From positions 18,383,608 to 18,447,607 of the forward strand of contig NW_026943821.1 of assembly GCF_035594765.1 (NCBI RefSeq): 64,000 nucleotides of DNA, written 5' to 3'. The stretch comes from Anolis carolinensis. Taxonomy: Eukaryota. Under the pieces are notes generated by a model, which was not told the DNA's origin, did not search any database, and was given only the letters and a program-made list of their open reading frames with translations. Both the position numbers and the translations under genes were made by a program. Shown here one piece after another: positions 55,856-64,000 of this stretch. Position 1 is the first letter of the stretch. Each line of letters starts with the position of its first letter.

Positions 55856-58800
55856 ATGCAAAAGCAGCCAGAGCACTCACTCCTGTGGCTACTGAGCCCC
55901 TGGAAAGGCTTGGCGGTGCTCTGGAGCCTGGTTTCCACAGCGGTGGACAGCGCCCTCGTCTTCTGGCGGACTGTCTGGGTCAGTATGGCTCCCCCAAAGC
56001 ACCTCACTGAATCCCACCAGGCTGGATGGTTTCTCAACTGGAAAGGAGCACTGCATTCAAAGCAGTGACGGCCCATCCGCAAGGCAAATTAGGCAGTCGC
56101 CTGTGGCGCAACGCAATGGGGGGCGCAGTCGAGGCGCCCCTGCGTTCCCACGGTGCCGCCATGTCGTCAGGCCGAAGGAAGGCCGCCAGGTCCATCGCCA
56201 ATTATCGCACATGCTTTTTTTCGGCTGATGGTCCTGTGCTGGAGTGCCTTCTCCGTGTCCGCGCAGGCGAGTGGGGAAGCCCTGCGCATGCACACAGGAC
56301 TATCGGCCAAAATGGCCTGCGCGGACGGGTGGCTGGATTGCCTTCCGTATCCGCGAGGGCGAGTGGGGAAGCCCTCCACCTCTGCAGCCGCCGTAACAGC
56401 ATTTCCACTGCCGCAGCCGCCCCAACCGCCATAGCCGCCGCAGCCTCTGGTTTGTGGGGGGTGGGCTCCAAAATTCGTGGGTTTCCAGAATTAGGTTTGC
56501 CTACTATTTAAAATTACTTCGGGCCAGTTCTGAGCATAGCACGCCAAAGCGGCTCAGCTGATCGGAGAGAAAATGGGTTGAAACAAGTCAATGAAAAGCT
56601 GGCCAGTTTCTTAACTTCCCCACTGCCACAAACACAAATGGAAAAATAACACCCCATGGAGGCCAATGAGAGTGGGAAAAAGTATAATATTTACGCTATC
56701 AAATCTAATGCGCACCTCCATGTTCAAAACACTGAAACAAAAAAAACCCCTATTTGCTGGCGAATGTAATGTGCAGCAGCAAAAAGTGCGCTCCTTGTAA
56801 TTTGGCTAGAAAAAGTGTGCATTAAAGTGCCTGCCTGCTTTAAAAAATAAAAAATAAAACCCCATTTTCAGCAATGGAAAGGAAAACCACAAGATGCATA
56901 GAATGAATCCATTTTAATTGTCTTGGTTCAATGCTATGGAATCATGGGGCATGTAGTTTGACAAGGTCTTGAGCCTCTTCTGCCAAAGAAGGCTGATGCC
57001 TCACCAAAGTACAAATACCACCATTGCATAGCATTGAGCCATGGCAATTCAAGGAGAGATGGCATCCCTCAAATAGGAGCTCCTGGTACAGTAGAGTCTC
57101 ACTTATCCAAGCTAAATGGGCCGGCAGAACCTTGGATAAGCGAATATCTTGGATAATAAGGAGAGATTAAGGAAAAGCCTATTGAATATCAAATTAGGTT
57201 ATAATTTTACAAATTAAGCACCATGGAAGCAGCCTCTTCTGTCTCCCTCAGGGGCGATTCCCAAGATATAATAGAATATAAGAAAACCTTGAAAAGTTTA
57301 CAGTATTGTGCCATGGACACACACGTCTTGCATTGTATAAATGCACACATCTTCATCGCCCTCCTGGGTTTTCTCTCTGCTAACTCTGGTTTCTCCAAAC
57401 CCTTCCAGGCTGCTCTGCTCTTTTACAAGCTTTTCTGGGAAGTCATCTTCCAGTTGGTGCAGGAGGTAAGGGCCCCAAATCACTCAGTGGACAAAGAAAC
57501 CCCTTTCCTTTGCAAATACAAAAAAAGGGGGAGACCTCTTGAAAACCTAAGCTAGCCTCTCCATGTCTTTGTTATATGGGAAGACAAGGACTTTCTTCAC
57601 CAAGTGATGGGTCTCCAACAACTGACCGTCTGTTACAGTCAGAGGCTTTAAAGAAAATGCTCTAGATCTGTATTGCTTACTTGGATTGTTGTTAGTGGTT
57701 GGTTTTAATTGGTGTTTCAATAGTATAATTAATTTCATTTTATGTTAGTAGGTATATAAGGCAGTCCCTCAGTTACAAACAAGGTGGTTCTGTAGGTTTG
57801 TTCTCAAGTTGAATTTGGAGTTGGAATAGGGACGTTTCGGAAGTGTCACTCCAGCAAGTGCCCTGGATCATGTGCAGGTGGCCCATTCCTCTGCCCATCC
57901 GGCTCTTCCTGGGTCCCCTGCCCAGCCATGGCTTCCCTTCTGTGTCCTTCCTGCTGCAGGGCTGCTCCTCGGTGTCTTCGTGGCTGGAGGAGGCCGGAGA
58001 GGTCACCCAGGGGGACAAGACCCTCTCCTCACCGCCAGAGAGTCCCCGGCCCTGGGAGACAGGTTGGTACAAAGGTACAAGGCCTTGTTGGGTCATCTGC
58101 ATGGTTGCTGAATGACCCCAGCTCCTCTAGTTCCTCCCTTGGCAAGGGGCTGTTTGTGCAATGGGAGACAGGGAAGAAAGGGCAGTATGGGCATCGCCTT
58201 GCAATCCATCGCTGTGTCTGCCCGCAGGAGCTGAGCGGCATCTGGAGGCGCAGGTGATGCGGCTGCAGGCGTCCAGCAACGTGGCTTTGGGCCGCCTCTC
58301 TGCCCTGGAGTCAGGAGTCCGGTACCTGAGCCAGGAGCTGCGGGCTGAGAGGCTCTTGTGGAGCAGCCGCTACCTGGAGCTCCTGCGAGAGCAGCAAGGC
58401 CTGGCTGTGCAGGTGGGACCCTTATCATGCCATAACCAGAGACCCTCCTTCTGTTCACAAGAATTTGGGTAATATTATGATCAAATGTATGTGATAGGGT
58501 GTGACATGTAATGCCCCGAGTACTTTTAGGAGCATACCCAAATTGTGCTCAGATTATAAATATATTAGAAAATACAAATGAGACTTGTTCAAAACTTAAT
58601 CCTCATCATGCCACTTTAGATGAATTAGAATGTAACTCATTTGATCCATATAATAATATGACTAAGTCATTACATGTGTTATGGTCTTTACAGAGACAAG
58701 CCATCAGCCCAAATGAAGAACAGTTGTATGGACTCCCAGATGGTTTATATTGGATGTGTGGGAGGTGGGCAAGGAAGGTTTTACTTGCTGTCTGGAAGGG

Positions 58801-58863
58801 AACCTGCACCATTGGGACTCTTATGACAGCAGGTATCTCTTTCTATGATCCGAAACAACCAAC

Positions 58864-58895
<32 letters not shown>

Positions 58896-60054
58896 TAATA
58901 ATAACAACAACAACTTTATTCTTATACCCCACCCCATCTCCCCGAAGGGACTCGGGGCGGCTTACATGGGGCCAAGCCCGAACACAACAATATAAAAGCA
59001 AAAGCAAAACAATAAAACAGATCAATCAGCAATAAAACATCAACAACGATAAAAACAGTCATAAAAAGTCACATACAAAAATAAAATCTTAAAATCCCAA
59101 GGATCTGGGCCAAGGTGCAAAATATTCTGCATGGCATAAGCAGTTTGCTTGGCAAAAATTATGCCACCTTCTACACCATTGATTTTTTAAAAAGAACATA
59201 AGATAATATAAAAATGTTACTATATTATTAAGTTTGCTTCTGTAAAACATCTGCTCACAAAAGAGGGGAATGTGAGGGCAGTTGGGAAAATATAATATTA
59301 ATTTTACAATTAAGTTCAAAGTTAGAATTAGAAAGATTCTAATTTACCTTGGATCAGAAAGCGCTGCTTCAAAGCTACTTTCCCTTGTATATGCACAACA
59401 TTTCAGACTATTGCAGCATTTAGATCAGGCATGGAAAAACTTTGGCCCTCCAGGTGTTTTGGACTTCAACTCCCACCATTCCTAACAGTCTCAGGCTCTT
59501 TCCTGAGGAAGGGGCCTGAGATTTCCTTGCACCCTCCCTCTTGGCTTCCAGTTGCAAAGACAGGAGCAAAGGCTGTGGTCGTCAAACTTGGAAGGATTGA
59601 GTGAAGCCCCCCAGGAGATGCTGCGCCAGAGTTGGGACCCCCATGAAGAGGAGGAGGAGGAGGAACAGGAACCAAGCCACCCCACTGGTGAGTCAGGGGC
59701 AGGGATCTTCAACATGTTGGCCCTGGCCCCTGGCCCACCGGTTGCAAGGACATTTATCCCCCGAGGCAGCAAAGTCCCTACAATGGCTTTCTACTCTGCA
59801 CAGTTACAGAGCGATGGCTCCACTTCGTGGGATTTGTAGCAGTGTCAGAATTATAGTTGGAAGAGACCGCATGGGCCATCTAGTCCAACCCCTTTCTACT
59901 ACCATTTTAATGACAGAAACATGGAAATATGGAAGTGGTTAAATATAACCTCGGGATTGCTGCAAGGCTTAAACGTTTACGTATTGTGTCTGATTGTTGT
60001 TTCATAGTTTTATAATTTTAATGGTTTTAATATATTGTCATTGTTGTTGTTTTG

Positions 60055-60092
<38 letters not shown>

Positions 60093-60382
60093 TGCTATGT
60101 ATATATGTATATATATATTATAATATATTGTATTGTATATGCATATAATATTAATAATATTATTTTATAATACAGTATAATACTAATACAATATAATAAT
60201 ATTAATTATATATTATATATTACATGTACTATTATTAATAATATTACAATATATAGATATAGTAGAATATGGTAATTTATTGCCAGTATTGTGCTATGCT
60301 AATAATATAATATTGTATGTAAATTTAATTTGTAAGCCACTCTGAATCCCCTTAGGGGTGAGAAGGGCAGGATATAAATGTA

Positions 60383-60413
<31 letters not shown>

Positions 60414-61072
60414 TGTGATGTTTTATACATGTAAATTTTGCCACGGATTATGCTGAGAACCGCTTTGAGTCCCCTTAGGGGTGAGAAAAGTGGAATATAA
60501 GTGCAATAAGCCCCGGTGGCGCTGTGTGTTAAAGCGCTGAGCTAGCAAACTTACGGACCGAAAGGTCGCAGGTTCGAATCCAGGGAGCGGAGTGAGCGCC
60601 CGCTTTTAGCCCCAGTTTCTGCCAACCTAGCAGTTCGAAAACATGCAAATGTGAGTGGATCAATAGGTACTGCTCCGACGGGAAGGTAACGGCTCTCCAT
60701 GCAGTCATGCCAGTCACGTGACCTTGGAGGTGTCTACGGACAATGCTGACTCTTCGGCTTAGAAATGGATATGAGTACCAACCCTCAGAGTCGGACAAGG
60801 GGGAAAACCTTTACCCTTAAGTGCAATAAATATATAACTAACTAACTAAATAATAGTTGGCCTTCCACCAAACTACAAATCTTAGAAACTTGTCCACTAG
60901 TATCAAACCAAAATGGATTTATAGTACAGACGGACTTTCATTTTACTAGAAGAGGGGGGCAGCTCCACTGAAAGTCTGTAAAGAGGGAGCACAACAACAC
61001 AACAATAACAGTTGTCAATTTCCTTGCTTTTTCGCAGTGGGACCTGGACCCAAGTGGGCTGCAAAAGAATGA
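55856..61072 (+). CDS. Unidentified membrane-anchored coiled-coil protein, about 212 aa, 6 coding exons
   Basis: Exons 55856-55978, 57409-57465, 57960-58062, 58228-58412, 59552-59687, 61038-61072. All introns GT-AG with pyrimidine tracts; phases 0,0,1,0,1 match; no internal stop; AATAAA at 61180. The last exon is the least certain. Confidence 0.75.
58420..58865 (+). mobile_element. Endogenous retrovirus env (SU) relic
   Basis: ORF 58511-58867 contains LPDGLYWMCGRWARKVLLAVWKGTCTIG, the P.G.(Y/F)W.CG......LP..W.G.C..G signature of gamma-type (ERV3-like) Env SU. Confidence 0.75.
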
Positions 61073-61386
61073 CTAGCTCCATGACGTTGCAGAGAACCAT
61101 GCCATTGTTTGGGGAGAACATTTCGAACGCGTCTCTCCTCTCTCAAAGTCTGGACTAAGACCAGTGGACCAATCCAATGAATAAAGAAAGAGCACTGCAC
61201 CAAGGTGGACCCAGACTCAAAGCAGGAGGTTCCGCGATGGTTGTCCGTCCATGCGCCAGGTGAGGTCCAGGCTGCAACAAACAGGACAGGGCCCAGGGGG
61301 AGCCAAAGGCACATAGAGGAGCATCAAACTTCACCCGGAAGGCAGAGTGGAACAAAATTGCAAATCTGAGTCCTGACAGATTAGAG

Positions 61387-62077
61387 CAGGGGTCCCCAAA
61401 CTAAGGCTCGGGGGCCGGATGCGGCCCTCCAAGGTCATTTACCTGGCCCCTGCCCTCATTTATAATATAATATTTTATATCAGTTTTAATAATATAATGT
61501 ATTGTATATACATATGATATTGATAATATTATCATTTTATACAGTATAATACTAATAATAATACCATATAATAATATTAATTATATGTTATATATTACAT
61601 ATAATATTACAGTATAGTGGTATAGTTCAATATAGTAATATATAATGCTAATATTGTGCTATGCTAATAATATAATATATTGTATGCACATACAGCTGCT
61701 CTGAGTTCTCTTTGGGGTGAGAAGGGTGGGATATAAATGTAGTAAATGAATAAATAAATAATTTTGGACTTAGGCTCGCCCAAAGTCTGAATTGACTTGA
61801 AGACACACAACAACAACAATCCCAATTAACTTGACTATCTCAATGGCCAGAAGGAGGCCCACACTTCCTATTGAAATCCTGATAGGTTTATGTTGGTTAA
61901 AATTATTTTCATTTTTAAATATTTTATTGGTCTTTCATTGTTATTGTTGTTGTTTTGGACTACAAATAAGATATGTGCAGTGTGCATAGGAATTTGTTCA
62001 TTTTTTTTTTCAAATGATAATTCGGCCTCTCAACAGTCTGAAGGATTGTGGACCGGCCCTCTGCTTTAAAAGTTTGA
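61387..62077. mobile_element. Non-autonomous hAT element (same family as 18416, inverted; right TIR clipped)
   Basis: Left TIR CAGGGGTCCCCAAACT; GATTAGAG on both sides. Confidence 0.85.
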
Positions 62078-62723
62078 GATTAGAGAGCTGATTGTCCTGG
62101 AAACTTGGGACTCAATGGAGCAATGGGTTCAACTTCCAGGAAAGGACACCCACCTGAGCTTTAAGAAGAACTTCCTGACTGCAAGAAGAATGGTTCAGCA
62201 GTGGAACTCTCTGCCTTGGAATGTAGTGGAGGCTTTTAAACAGAGGTTGGATGGCCATCTGTCGGGGGTGCTTTGATTGTGCTTTTCCTGCATGGCAGAA
62301 AGGGATGGGACTAGTGGCTCATGCTGTCTCTTCCAACTGTGATTCCATGACTGGAGGAAATGTTCCCACTATCCCAGAGTATTCCCATAGCTATCCAGGC
62401 AACAGGAAATAAAGGACAACCAAACTACGGCAGGTCTCCAGCCGTGCTTTGGACAAGCCATTTTGGGTCTGGGTCTGCCGTAGTGCTGCCAATTGCAGCA
62501 GCACTAACACCCCCTTTATCTCCCGACCTCTGGTCCAGTTTTGGCCGGAGGCAACTCTGCAGTTAACCTTTAAACCCATGTAAGAACTGGGGATTCCCCT
62601 TCCATCCTGCTTCACCTTCTGGGAGAGGAAGGGCACTGGGACACATTTTCTGAGAGCCAAAGCAGAGTTAGGCCTCACTTAGGCCTCTTCCACACTGCCT
62701 ATAAAATACAGATTATCTAATTT

Positions 62724-63993
62724 TAGAATCATAGAATAGTAGAGTTGGAAGAGACCTCATGGGCCATCCAGTCCAACCCCCTGCCAAGAAGCAGGAAATC
62801 GCATTCAAAGCACCCCCGACAGATGGCCATCCAGCCTCTGCTTAAAAGCCTCCAAGGAAGGAGCCTCCACCACAGCCCGGGGCAGAGAGTTCCACTGTCG
62901 AACAGCCCTCACAGTGAGGAAGTTCTTCCTGATGTTCAGGTGGAATCTCCTTTCCTGTAGTTTGAAGCCATTGTTCCGTGTCCTAGTCTCCAGGGCAGCA
63001 GAAGACAAGCTTGCTCCCTCCTCCCTATGACTTCCCTTCACGTATTTGTACATAGCTATCATGTCTCCTCTCAGCCTTCTCTTCTGCAGGCTAAACATGC
63101 CCAGCTCTTTAAGCCGCTCCTCATAGGGCTTGTTCTCCAGACCCTTAATCATTTTAGTCGCCCTCCTCTGGACGCTTTCCAGCTTGTCAACATCTCCCTT
63201 CAACTGTGGTGCCCAAAATTGGACACAGTATTCCAGGTGTGGTCTGACCAAGGCAGAATAGAGGGGGAGCATAACTTCCCTGGATCTAGACGCTATTCCC
63301 CTATTGATGCAGGCCAGAATCCCGTTGGCTTTTTTAGCTGCTGCATCACATTGTTGGCTCATGTTTAACTTGTTGTCCACGAGGACTCCAAGGTCTTTTT
63401 CGCACACACTGCTGTCAAGCCAGGCGTCCCCCATTCTGTATCTTTGATTTCCATTTTTTCTGCCGAAATGAAGTATCTTGCATTTGTCCCTGTTGAACTT
63501 CAATTTGTTAGTTTCGGCCCATCTCTCTAGTCTGTCAAGATCGTTTTGAATTCTGCTCCTGTCTTCTGGAGTGTTAGCTATCCCTCCGAGTTTGGTGTCA
63601 TCTGCAAACTTGATGATCGTGCCTTCTAACCCTTCGTCTAAGTCGTTAATAAAGATGTTGAACAGAACCGGGCCCAGGACGGAGCCCTGCGGCACTCCAC
63701 TTGTCACTTCTTTCCATGATGAAGATGACGCATTGGTGAGCACCCTTTGGGTTCGTTCGCTTAGCCAATTGCAGATCCACCTAACCATAGTTTTGTCTAG
63801 CCCACATTTTACTAGTTTATTTGCCAGAAGGTCGTGGGGGACTTTGTCGAAGGCCTTACTGAAATCCAGGTAGGCTACATCCACAGCATTCCCTGTATCG
63901 ACCCAACTCGTAACTCTATCGAAAAAAGAGATCAGATTAGTCTGGCATGACTTGTTTTTGGGAAATCCGTGTTGACTATTAGCAATGACCGCA
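62724..63993 (-). mobile_element. CR1 LINE, 5'-truncated, with uninterrupted RT C-terminal ORF (62805-63884)
   Basis: [37 protein letters not shown]; CR1 3' tail TTCTATGATTCTA. Confidence 0.96.
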
Positions 63994-64000
63994 GACCACT

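Noticed and set aside
59804-59856. Alternative last exon for the novel + gene (VTERWLHFVGFVAVSEL*)
   Set aside because: Phase-compatible, but it runs into a CR1 tail and has no nearby poly(A) signal; 61038 is preferred, though this is not fully excluded.

Overview
Vertebrate genomic DNA from a squamate reptile; the repeat content (Sauria SINE, CR1, L2, Penelope, Vingi, Helitron, hAT and Mariner MITEs) points to an Anolis-type lizard. The core is the conserved cluster GNL2(+, 16 coding exons), DNALI1(-, 6), SNIP1(+, 3) and MEAF6(+, 7 plus alternative exons), all reconstructed by hand with consistent splice phases. Two further spliced, phase-consistent genes that I cannot assign to any family flank the cluster. 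The first is a 6-exon + strand gene at 55856-61072 (about 212 aa; long Trp-rich hydrophobic N-terminus, coiled coil, acidic tail) with a retroviral env relic in one intron. The second is a - strand gene starting at 14280 that runs towards the left edge. Other notable points: a 30-Gly insertion in MEAF6, a MEAF6 microexon plus stop-exon module, a 211-bp DNALI1/SNIP1 bidirectional promoter that is open in-frame on both strands, and a GC-AG intron in GNL2. Four N gaps (4925-5095, 36449-36663, 43630-44042, 44225-44372) create artefactual long ORFs.
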